Assembly: GCA_964035545.1 (NCBI GenBank)
Contig: OZ037765.1
Coordinates: 14,332,698 to 14,396,697 of the forward strand
Length of the DNA: 64,000 bases
Origin: Bugula neritina
Taxonomy: Eukaryota > Animalia > Bryozoa
Direction of reading: 5' to 3'
Shown here: piece by piece, positions 1 through 12,800 of the stretch
Layout: the number at the start of each line of letters is the position of its first letter
Numbering within the stretch: the first letter of the stretch is position 1
Notes under the pieces: generated by a model
Databases searched by the model: none
What the model saw: the letters and a program-made list of their open reading frames with translations, nothing else
What the model was told of the DNA's origin: nothing
Made by a program: the position numbers and the translations under genes

Positions 1-3000
1 CCAAAGTTATAAATGACATCATTATCTATATGTGAATGATTTTAAAAATTAACATTGCAATAATTTGAAATTAATACAGATTAATTAAATATAGCCCTAC
101 ATGCAAATATTCTTAAATTAATTAACTTAGACAATACACAGATTCATCAAAAACATAATGATATAGCATAGGTTTGGTGAAACTGGCTCCAGCCTTCTAT
201 GTTTTTATAAAGTGAGCCAAGTCTCTCATTCACTTGAGTTGACAAGAAAGGTTACTTGAGGTCTTACTCAAAAATTGGACTACCACTGAAACCCATCTCA
301 CAACCTATGCAGCTGTATACCCTGTTCGCACAGCTAGTATTATAAAAGAGTCTATCAGAGTATTCAATTGTAAACAAGACCGCCTGTGCCAACAGTATTT
401 AACCAACAAAGATGCATAAGAAAGCTTAAAAATTCATTTTATGTATATTTTTGGTTTTTTTGCCATTTTCTGTTACATAACAAACTAATTATGTGGTTGC
501 AATAAGCCACTGAGTAACCAGTATTTATAATTACATTCACAAACACAGTTCCTATAAACAAGCATTAATGGGAGATGACAAACTTTTGGTCAGCACAAGT
601 GGCTGCATGGTGCAGTTATTCTCCTGGGCACAATAAGAATTCTAGTAGGTTTTTTTTATGAAAAGTATTGGTAGGTTGGTCTCTGGCATATATTAACTAG
701 TGCATTCAGTCCCATTATTTATCACATGACAAGGAGTCTCTTTCCATAATGTCATGCTGAGCCTCCAGGTACCAAACCTTGTACTAAGGAGCACATGACT
801 CACACACTACCTATGCACTAAACCATTCAAGTGTTAGAAAGATAGTAAATTTTCAAACTTATCCTTCAAAATTTACACAGTGGCAGTCAAACATTGGCTC
901 TTTATCAAATGAAAAGAAAATTTCAATGGTTTATATACTTTATACAATACGATGAAAATGTTGAAGTTTTAAAGTTCATGTTCAGCAATTCGCTAATATG
1001 GAGCCATGTCCACTGATACTATACAGTATACAGCATCTATTCTGCTATCTATTCGTTGAAACAAACACATTCATTTATTATTTATTATTACATTGTTTTC
1101 TATATAAACAGAACTTTGTGAATGCACTTTAAATAAAGCCAAAACGCTGCTAATATTTTTTGTAAATATAAAGATATTTTTTATAGCATGAGAGACCTTG
1201 AGAAGAATGACATTGTGACTCTCAACAATAACTACATCCATCAATTAATGCTAACTTTGATTAAATATTTGGTGTTTAAATGGAATCCAAAGGTTATGTA
1301 ACATGTAATTTATGATCTTGGTGGTACGGACAGGGTGGTTTTTTGCTCACCACTATCTCAAAAATCTCTTTGACACAAGTAATATATGGAGAAATGTTTA
1401 ATTATACTCATACTGTGCGCTCCCATCATGTCCATTGGCAGAATAAATGAAGTCACAGGTGTTACCAACAACTCACCATCATTATGAATTAGATTGCATA
1501 TTTAATGGAAGGCATAGGATTGCGTTGTTATTTAGCGATTACTGCTTAAATTATTTTAGACTTTATTTTTGTCATTCTTATTTTGAATCATTCACATGGC
1601 TCTGGATTTCACTATCTTCACATGTATGAGCATTAAATTATGATCCATCAATAATTCCCTTAGCTAATGCTTTCAGCACTAATTGTTAGTTTACACCATG
1701 ATATCAAGTAACCAGAAGAACTGATTGGAAGCTAGTAACCAACTAGCAACTAACTTTTTTTTCAACAAAATAATATAATATCTTTTGACTTTATTTTCTT
1801 TTTTTTAAATCCATCAACTTCTTTATTTAGGAAATAGTTGCTTGTGGAGCTAAATAGTATATTTGCAGCACTGGGACCTAAAAGTTACAATACAATATAT
1901 ACCATAATATAACAAATGAGCACTAAATATTTAAGTATGTTAAGGAATTTCAGCAGAGTAATATTTTGGTATCGTGCATTATGTGCAAATTGCATTTAAC
2001 TGTCTTAAAATAAATCATATTCTAGTTGTCAACTCTAACATGGCGTTGAGTACAACTGACTTTTGGCTACCCACTTGGAAAATTTATTTTTCAAGCTAAT
2101 AGTGCTAAATGAAATAGAAAAAGTTGTTTATGTATGTTCTAAAGGTCGCTACCGTTTCTTCAGAGCAAACGTGATGTTTATAAGAATGAAAAAATAATCA
2201 CAAGCTGTAAGTGTGTAGTGGCAAGTACTTTTGTGGGCTGAGTATTTTTTATTCTAGTTATTAGCTTTAATTATAATTGTAGAATTTAATTTTAAAAAAT
2301 TACAGAGCAAACAACAGTAAAATAAATGTGCCAATTACCCATGGACATGTGGACCAGCTTAACTGCCTTTTCTATATGTTAGTTCCTAGCTGGCAGTGCA
2401 TGCAACCAATTAGATACCAATAGCATGCCAACTAATCATTTATTAGTAAAAATATTTTGATTTAGTCTGAGAGTTATTGAACTGAAATATTTCTGTTATC
2501 AATAACCATTAAATGTAAAATTAACAATGAAATGGCCTAACCTGTATAACTTGAGTCACAAGTAGCGTATTAATAGTCAGTAAACAATTGAAATACATGG
2601 GAAGTTCCCTTTATGCCTCTAATCAAGTGCCACCTGCACCTTATATTATTCTTTCTATAATCCTGTTAGAGTAAACTTCTGTTGAGTTATTATTCAAACT
2701 TGTTTTACTAGTTTGTAACAGATCAGTAGAGTGCAAGATGTGTGTTCTACTCACATGTAGCACTTGATCTCCAGGTAATTTAATTTTATTGAAAACAGGT
2801 AGCACCAATCATTACGTAATTACTCAGTGAGATGCTTTAGCTGGCCTTTGCAACCATGTCAACTCATGTAAAAAAGTATATGGGAAACTGCATGCATATA
2901 TTTATATATTTGCCACTGCTATACAAATATGTATCTAAATGTATCCTTAACTTTCCTGGTCATAGTTCTTCATCTGATAATATATATACATGCACTTGTT

Positions 3001-4098
3001 ACAGGCTAAGATAATTAATAATAGTAAAAATACAGGATGATGCATGCACAGAAAAACACCAACATTTCTATAACTTATCATAGCTGATTTTATCCCATCA
3101 GCATGTAAGAAGGTTATTTATACCATTAAAATTTATAAACGTTTTAATTTAATACATGGTGTTTTCACTAGTACAATTTTCTGTTCAGATCTACTTGAGT
3201 TTAAAATTGTTCTTAGCATTTTGAATAAGAGCTAATGCAAAGTTTAATTTATATTTTAGATTATGGATTAGCATATCTTAGCAACAAAGCATTTGCTTTG
3301 AATTTCTGGCTCAACTGCCTGGTTTGAGTTTTTTACCTACTGTATGGGATAATTAGTTTTTTATTATATTGTATTTGTATAAAATTACCTGGTCAGCAAT
3401 TGTAGAGGTGTTATTCAAGTGTATATAGTAGTAAAATATAATAACATAGTCAAAAAATAAGCAATCATTGGTATTAGTTTTTTGTCAGCCTATACATAGA
3501 TGAATATTTGCAACAATGTTAGTTGTAATTTTGTGAAGGGGAGTTGCACATAATTAACTTTTTATACTATAAATTTTGATATTTTTAACTGCCAAGTAAT
3601 CGGCGTATCAGCTTTACAGTTACATAATAAATACTTTACCAATATTCTTAAGACAATATGGTGGCAATATATAAGCACCTGCTGTTTATGTTTCTGAACA
3701 TTTGCCATACTTCCTTACAATTCACTTCACAAAGTATACATGTTTGCTAGTGTTTCAATTAGTCTTTTGTCTAACGTAGTTCAACATATTTTGTATGTAT
3801 TGAAAATAATTTTAATATGAGGCAATCATTCATAATATACCACCCAGCAGCTAAGATTGGAATGGTCTTTTAACTGCATCTGTAAGCAAGTAAACAATGA
3901 AAAACCAATCAACACCTGTGGGCTGTGTAAAGCTCTTCTAGCTCCACCCACTTGTTGCAAAGATCCGCCTCTTTTCTTCATGTCTATCTGTAAGGTATTT
4001 AAAAAGTTTGAATTGGAACATTACATATTTAAGGCAAACACATTCTAGTTTATACATTACTGTAACAGCTTAGAAGGCTTAGCAAGACTTCTCCAAGA

Positions 4099-5236
4099 AT
4101 GATGGATGTTATGGATAAAGGTATTAAATTACACCCCAATTACAGTATGCTGAATAGTCAAGGTGAGTGTGCATCACATATGTAGTAGTATCAAACCATA
4201 AAGTTTGTCCATGAATATGATGTTAAGCTGCATAAACATAATATTTAAACAAAGTAACTACTGATGTAGCATTCTTCTCAAAATATTTTGCATAAAGTGT
4301 TTTATTCAAGGAAACGTTTGTTGGAATTTTTTAGGTATGTTTAAATCGGTACCATCACCATCGGCAGCTTCGGATTTAACAAATAGTTTACGACTTTTCT
4401 ATCCAGAATCACCAAATGCCCTTTCTTTATCTTGGAGGCACATGCTGCTTTCTTGCTCGGCGACATCAGCATGGCTGCAACAGCAAAGAAGAGCTTTAGC
4501 AAATAATCTGACTCAAAGCCAGAAATCAAGTGCACAAAATTCTTTTGAGCTTGACTACTTGACTAGTTTATCCCAGCCTTCAATGCTAATATCAAGTGTT
4601 CATTCCCTAAATAACTCGGACTGCACTGAAAAAAAGAAAGTCTCCTTTACTATAGACAACATCATCAATGGAAAGTACGAACAGAGTCGAAAGGTACTGC
4701 AATCAGTTGAACAGCCAGCCTCTCCGACAGATAGCACATCCTCTAGAACACCAGACAGCAGTGCTGGAGGCCATAAGTATGAGTGTGAAGTCTGCACAAA
4801 AACTTATTCTACTTTCAGTGGTTTCACTAAACATAAACAGTTTTACTGCAATCCACAGTTCAAAAAGCAGTTTAATTGTAAGCATTGTGATAAGACATAT
4901 TACTCTCTTGGAGCACTCAAAATGCATATAAGAACTCATACCCTACCTTGTAAATGCAAAGTGTGTGGAAAAGCTTTTTCCCGACCTTGGTTACTTCAAG
5001 GTCATATGAGAACCCACACTGGAGAAAAGCCTTTTCAGTGCCAACACTGTGGCAGAGCATTTGCTGATCGTTCAAACCTTAGAGCCCACCTTCAGACACA
5101 CAGTGATGTCAAAAAGTATTGCTGCAAGAACTGTAATAAAACATTCTCTAGAATGTCTTTGCTGCTGAAACATGAAGAGTCATCTTACTGTTCCGCACCT
5201 GGCAATGAAGTTGTCTCTCCAATCTTTTTGCAGTAA
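4099..5236 (+). CDS. snail: Snail-family C2H2 zinc-finger transcription factor; 2 coding exons (4099-4162, 4335-5236)
   Basis: Five tandem fingers carry Snail-diagnostic sequences ([59 protein letters not shown]). The upstream exon [21 protein letters not shown](G) ends at a G|gtgagt donor and splices in phase 1 to the tttttag|GT acceptor just before ATG 4337. Exon 1 is inferred. Confidence 0.93.
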
Positions 5237-5269
5237 ACTTCATCAAACTAGGTATCAGTGCCTCATGTC

Positions 5270-5432
5270 TAATATTTATTGTATTGCTTATATTTATTGA
5301 ATTATATATAATATATTATATACTACCCATAGAAAGTAAAGGATTTCAATGATAATCTATTTTTTGCTTGTGAGTTTCAGATTTTAGTATATGTTTTGAT
5401 AAATCGAATTTCTATTTTTTTAAAAAAATAAA
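5270..5432 (+). promoter_or_regulatory. Snail 3'UTR with AU-rich TATTTATT elements and AATAAA polyadenylation signal (~5427)
   Basis: Two TATTTATT motifs at about 5273 and 5290, followed by AATAAA. Confidence 0.5.
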
Positions 5433-8400
5433 AAATACTCATTTGAAAGTACTAATTGTGTTTTTTCTTTCTAAAAATCTTTAGATAGTTGCATGACAGA
5501 TAAATTAAAAACCCCTCAATCAAGAAGCTTATTCCTTAGTCTCTTTTTCCAAGTTTGACCTGTTGGTACATACAGTGGGTTTCGAATTACCTCACATTTG
5601 AAAGATAGGTTTACTAGAAGCACAATGTTTCAAATTGTATTTTTCTTTTTGCACCGCAAGTAGCTATACTAAAGTGTGCCACATGCAATAACCTATGATA
5701 ATATAAAAAACATCCTATTCTTATTGCAAATTGACTATTTAAATAATATAGTGATACAATTTCAATTCTTTTGCATTCATTTTTTTCACCATTAAGCACA
5801 ATAACTGGAGAAACTATTTTAAATAAATAAATGAGAAATACTGAATAATTTATTGCAGACTATTACAATAGTCAATATGTATATAGTTTGCTTAATTTGT
5901 GAATCTATTGTATTTGCTTACATAATGCCAATTTAGAATGTTTGTCAAATCAGTCAATTCTGTAAAAAAAACCACCTGTCTGTTGCTGAGCGAAATTGCT
6001 ATTTATATTTTTACCTGCTTCAGTTAAAGATAAGGCTAATGTACAGCAGACACCAGATCTGCTTCATAATCAGAAATTGGTATTATCCTATAATACACTC
6101 CATATTAATTTTTTCTTTGAACTATTTGAGCAGCATACTACAATAAATAATTGCTACTATATATTATAAGTCAGAATTTTTAGTCTATACAATATAAAAC
6201 AATATTCCCTGACATATACGGTTTTCAAGCTCTGGAAGGAAATACCAACCATTATCTAAAATACAGGGTATTAGTTTACTACTTTTAAGTTTATGTACAA
6301 ATCAATAATAATATAGTGAAGTGATTATACACAGAGACTATACTTGTTTAAAAAAAACAAACTTATTATCCCTGCTTGTATAAGTTAGATCATATTATAT
6401 AAATTGTGAAATAGATTTGTTTTCTTAAAACTTTTGAAGACTAGATCTCTTATATCTTTTATATTACTTCTATTGCTAATTTACCATGCACACTAAATGA
6501 CATTCTATAAACTTAGTATATACAACACCTAAATCATATTATACTACATAATTCAAATGTTAAATAATAGTATACAGATTGTATCAATGTTAAATGTATA
6601 GCTTGGTTAAAATTTATCAAGAACCTTTTTCTGTCTTTCTCTAAGGCTTACACAGAGTGCATAAAATGTATATACTATTTGTCAATGATCTCAACAGGTT
6701 GATAATTCAATAATCAAAGAAGGCTAAATTTCCGATTTCAAAATATAATTAAGAAACTCGACAGTACAATAATACAAACTTGTATTAGCATTATATTCTC
6801 ATTGTTACTTCATAATTTACTTTTTGTAAACAAATATAAAGTTATAATATAGCTTGATGTCAAAAAATACACCATTTAGGTGCACAATGTTATGTTATAA
6901 CAAATAGAGCTCAACATGTTTAGTGTGCAATGTTGTTAGATTTTAATCAGCATAATATTCAACAGGTAGCCAGTTACTAAGAATGATATGTCAAACTACA
7001 TCACACATCAAAAGCCATAACATACTTGTTTACAAATATAAATCAAGTGTCAACTATGGTAAAACATGCTATTAATAAGTAGAAACATTAAAAGAAGTGC
7101 AGCAACTTTCAGATGTGGCCAGTTTTGTGAGCAAGGTTGTGACTGGAGCCAGAACTACTAGTTATGGTAATGCCAGTACACTACTTGTTGCCAAATATTT
7201 CAACAATTATAAATTTACACTTGATTAGTATTCATAAATCCTTTGATAATATTGAATCCATTTTACGGCCAACATACTTTGATGTAAAATAATATTACAT
7301 TTGATTTGTTACCTCTCACATAAAAGTGATGGATATGCATTGTATGTATGTTTTAATATAAAACTACATTAGTTTTCCCTTAATTATGGTTCCAGCAATT
7401 AAATAGTGCAGCTGCTAGCTCATCTCTTCAATTTTTTGGCATGTCTAATTTAAGAAAAGGATGCAAATGTACATTATCAAAATAACTAAAGTGCACAGCA
7501 TATAACGTGGTGCTATTTTATGGTCACTCTAAGAGTGTGTGCTATAAACAAATGGATGAGCTGATTTTCACTTGTAGACACCTTAAAATAAATTCTGCTA
7601 TGAAACCATATAAATTATTCTATTTCCAAATACCATGTATATGCACACACACTTGCACATGTGTAGGTACATCAAATAATTTCCACATATAATCAATGCA
7701 TGTGTATCATTTTATTGGTAATTTTTTAGCATTCTCAATATCCCAGCAGCAGTTGTTTGAAATATGATGAGTAGCAAGTATATAATTTATGTTATGTTTT
7801 AAAAGACACTGTAATGGTGCAGCTGTAAACTGAGACAGCTGATCATTTGCCAAGCAAAAGTTAGCAGGTGGTGAGGGTAGAGCCTAATCTATGACAGCAT
7901 ATTACAAACTTATTGTATGCCATTAGGTGTTGGGCAGCTAAAACTTGTTAAAGCTTTTCAGTGCTCTACACCTCCTATAGTTGTAATTACAATCAAGTTG
8001 TCAAAACAAAACTCATGAATAACCCACTTAAATAATGAAAAATGTATAAATTTCTAAAGCCACTGTGTTTTAGAATCTGTGCTGTAGATTGCAGTGTTAC
8101 AGATGTGGAGATAAAATAGGTGTGTGTTTAATGACAAAGTGTTGGCGCAGGTGTGCCTTACATCACTTGCTGCATTTCTATTACGCTTAACACTATAAAC
8201 ACTGTCGCTCTGGTGATCACAAAGCAAAATGATGAAGTTTTGATTGTTACAATTTTTCATTCTAGAATGACAATGTGACACAGTGCTTTGCATTGTAGCC
8301 TGTAGCTGTATGACTATCCAAGAGAGTAAAGGCAGATGATTCTAACCTACGCACAATCAGTCAAAACGGAAGGAATGTGGCTAGTTGAGTGTATTAGGGA

Positions 8401-9810
8401 AATCTGACATGTCTATGCTGAACTTGCATTTCACAGATGAAATACATAACTTACAAGACAGAAGGTGGCAAAAGTAAGCATCAAATCATATAATCCTAAT
8501 GACTCTATTAGGTTTTGACATGGCAGGCAAGTGCCTATATATACAGGAGTGTTGAAGAAGGTTTCAACAAGTAGTCAAGAGTGTGTGCACACAGAATTGC
8601 TATTACAATTTGACACCTGCTATAAAGTACTTAACTGCACACACCGTCCCTTCTAATGGGCTTATTCTAGATTGGCGAACCACTCCACTCTTGGCAGCAC
8701 AAAGCATAAAAGTGAAAGAGCAAGTGCTTCAGTGTTTCATGACAGCTACGAGCATATTGTTTTACATGTCACAAACATTTACTGTACAAGAATATAAGAC
8801 TGCTTGGAGTGATCTCATTACTTCAAGAAAATATTATCTACAAACTAATCAAAGACTGGGGTATGAGAACCAGTGCAGAGGCATTTCAATGATATTATAC
8901 AATTACATAAGAAAATAATGTATACCATGCCGGAGCACAAAACCTATGTTATTGCATACTTGTGTCAAACTTTTATTAATTTATAAACTTGAATAACCAG
9001 AAAACTTGACAAAAGTAAACACAGTACTTGAATCACTGTAGATCTACACTAATTAACCATCTCTGCAGGAGAAAGGCGTGGGATACTAGCTCAAATTATT
9101 TTAGAATTGATATTACAACATTGAAACTTGTAACATAAAATGTTAATACAAACATTTTATAAATGCATTAGATTATTTATAATCTTATGTTGTCAAAATA
9201 AATAGTTACATATTCAAGCAAATCTCATTAATGTATTCATATAACACTTTTACTGTGATTTTTGAGCCACAATTTTATTAACTGTAAAATTATATATTAT
9301 AAATTATAATTGTTAATACAAATAATCAATCTTTAGCTACAACATTTTACAATTTTATTATGCATCCCACCATGTTTACACTACAAAATGGTGTGTAAGA
9401 AATAGTTGTCATGACTTAAATTATGCATTGAAGAATACTGACTGATCTAAGCACCTGAAGTAACTCTCCAATTATTGAGAGAGCATAAAATATAATTTTT
9501 TGGCTTGAATAATCTGGTGTGTGTGTTGCAATAGTATCAGCACAATATAATTTTACAACCGAAGCCAGTCAATGTTGCATTAATGAAATACGGGCAATAA
9601 GTATATACTTGGCTGTTGAAATATAAATTTAAAAATATTACATATTAATTTAAATTTTCAACAAGCTACGGTGCAGAGTGAAACTTGCATGGAAAGCTAC
9701 TATGCCATCTAGTTACGATGCTATATTCCAGAAACTACTAGAATGTCTCAAGTACACAATGCCGGACCTGCATTTCACACAGTTTGTAGAATTCACCAGG
9801 ACTACACAAA

Positions 9811-12800
9811 TCAATCACTCTCTGGAGTCTCAATCACAACTGGATCTGAAGTGATGCCGTCTTGATAGCTACAGGCTGCAGGAGAGCTGCGAGCAGCAAG
9901 GGGTGACTCTTGTGGGGACGTAGCTGGAGACGTGCCACCGGCCCTACGTTTAGCCAATCTTCCAAAAGTTCGGGCAACAGCAGTGAACTTGCCAATGTTC
10001 TGCTGCACTTTGTCTAACCTCTCTTCTAAGTTAAATCCCATAAGATCTCTGCGAGTAATCATACCAACAACCTCGCCACCAGGGTTGAGCACCGTCAGGT
10101 GTCGCAGACCAAGTGTCCGGAAAATGATGTAAGTCCGATGAAGTGAAAAGTTAGACCTAACTGTCATGGCAGACTGGTTTATATATGGTCTCTGAAAGAT
10201 AATAAAATAATGTCAAGTTTCATACTGCTTCAACAATTACAATTTGTAGCAATTGAAAATAGTGATGCACTATGCTATCAAAACTTTCTAAAAGTGACTT
10301 TTGGCTATTAATAGACAGGTGGAAACGATATTCAGTGTATTTTTACATGTATTGTAGCAACTGCTGTCAAATGACAGTTGCAGCTTTAAAACGCTTGGAG
10401 ACTATCATGAAACTGGCATTACAAAAAATCTCAATGTCTTCTACTTGAAAACAATTTGATGTAATAAAAATGAGTACTGCACTGCTTAAAGGTAGGCGCC
10501 AGCACTAGAATAACTGCAACCAAGTAAGTTGCCGAGTGAAGCAGTTTGTTTCTAACCCCAACTCAAAGCCAACAGTTAGAAATTTGAGCTTAATAAAAAT
10601 TAGCATCTTTGAACATAGATGACTGCTGTTCTTACAGAATGACTCATCAGGTAATTAGCAATCGAGGTTTAATAGTGATAAATTAAAGTGTAAATTATTG
10701 CTTGAATGTTATATTAAAAGCTTAGTTGAAACTCTCTTAAAACAAATGCTCATTGACATTAAAAACATTAAAAACAGCAGAAATGATTGCTAAAAGTTCT
10801 CAAGTCTGAGCAACTGGGGAGGTGGCATTGAACATTTGACACTAGAATTTCAAATAGGTTTTGTCTATCCAACTATATAGGAAAATATCAATGCAGATCT
10901 GCTTAATAAAATTTTCAGCTAAAGATAGCATGGCATTGGTTGTTCTCTTCATGCTGCTAAAAACACTGCTATATATTTCTAAAACACTGATCTTCGATCT
11001 AATGATTTCAGGTGTTATTTTGCTTTGTAGATAAAGATTGTAACAGCCTCCTATCTTGTGTGATTTTCCACATTCAATCAATTTTATCACAAGATTTGCT
11101 CACAAAATTGACAGGTGATGTTAATGGTCCATTAATTTTAAAAATTTATGTGCTTTGCTACAAAGAATTTATTATAAACTAAGAGCTTTACATGCGCCAT
11201 CTTAGTTGCTGTGGGGGCAGAACACAACTCCATCACATGAGTATAGCTAAGAGGAAAACAAGGTTACCTACCAGATAGATCTTGGTGAAAGTATACTGAG
11301 GGAGGTTGGCATAGTCAAGGAGAGACTGTTCGGTAGCTGCCGGGTCATCTAGTTTGTCTATAGTCAGCTGTTCATATTCTACTGCTGTTACATCACATGT
11401 CACAGGTTTATTGGGTTGTATGAAAGATGCTTGATGTCTCAACAGCACTGTCAGCTCTAACCTATAGTGAATACAAATATGGAAATCTCAGGGTGTGCAA
11501 CATGTTGGCTCTACACCTGCAGCAGACTGCTATATACTAGGAGGTTTCTAATATGATGCTTTAAATCTTACAAATCTAGCACTAGAGTAAATTGCTAAGT
11601 AGAAAACATTCACATACAGAAATCAGAAATCATTTACAAAGTAGATAAAGCACATTTAGAGAGCTGAAATATGTAAATAAAATGCACTTGCAAGATATAC
11701 AAACATGACCATATGAAGCCATGCTTTAGTCATTAAAATAGTTCATCAACATAAGCCACAAATAGTTTTTGCTTGGTTAGCAGAGCATATCATGATGTTA
11801 GCTTTGTCACTGCATCACATAACAACACCCAGTAATGCAGTAGGAACATAATGACACACCTGGTTATTGTACCAACAAACACTTGGTGGCCTTTGCTAGA
11901 TTTACCAAGAACAGGGAACCCGGAGTGAGTGGTGTTGAGGAGAACCTCTGCAATATTCTTAACATTCTCTCGATCATCGAATGTAACAACATTGCTGCTC
12001 ATTACATTACCAGCAGTGTACAACTCCAGATTCAACCTACATCAGTGATATTACATCAGTCAATGCTATACAGGATGTTCTATGAAGCTAGCTTACGTAA
12101 AGCACTTTGAAGGCCCCATTATTAAGATTTATGCTGTGTAGTAAGAGATGGCCAAGTGTCATTAAAACATCACTGGATAATATAATATTTAACTTGATAA
12201 AATACTTACATTATTATAATACATTTTAGTCCATGATGTGTTGCAATATAAAGATATTTAAAACCCAGTGTTTTCATACAAATTTTTGCAAAAACTGTTT
12301 ATAAAATGATGCAAAATTTTAAAATCTGAATTAAGAACTTATTAAGAGTAATGCTACATCGACACAACATACCTGCGCTTTCTTGAGTTATACACTACAG
12401 GTTCCGAGGCTAAGAAGGGTATACATTTCAATTCTAATAGAGCATGGTACATGGGATGAGTGAAAAAATCACCAACCCATTTAGCTACCATAATAGCAAC
12501 CATGATGGGCAAGAGAAACTGTATATCATTGGTTAGCTCCATCTACATAGAATAATGTTCTTTCGCTGTATGCATACTTTATGAAAATAAAATGAAATAG
12601 ATTTAAAATAGTTAAAAATGATGACAATTCATAGTGAATAGAATATAATCAAATTATAATGCAAAGAGAAAATCAACTTATGAGTAGCTCAGCTAAATCA
12701 ACAAAATGCTGTCACCAGCCATATTAGCTGGGATTTCCTTTTCATGTTTATGTCAAGTAATTGATGAATAACATGACCATTTAATCAACCCTAAATAATG

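Noticed and set aside
1-4098. Upstream SNAG-encoding exon (MPRSFLV) for Snail, or other genes
   Set aside because: None was found by eye. The short ORFs at 1447 and 3857 have no motifs, but an exon outside the window cannot be excluded.
10615-10660. Minus-strand CTGATGA...GAAC hammerhead-like sequence
   Set aside because: The core lacks GAAA, and stems I and II do not pair convincingly.
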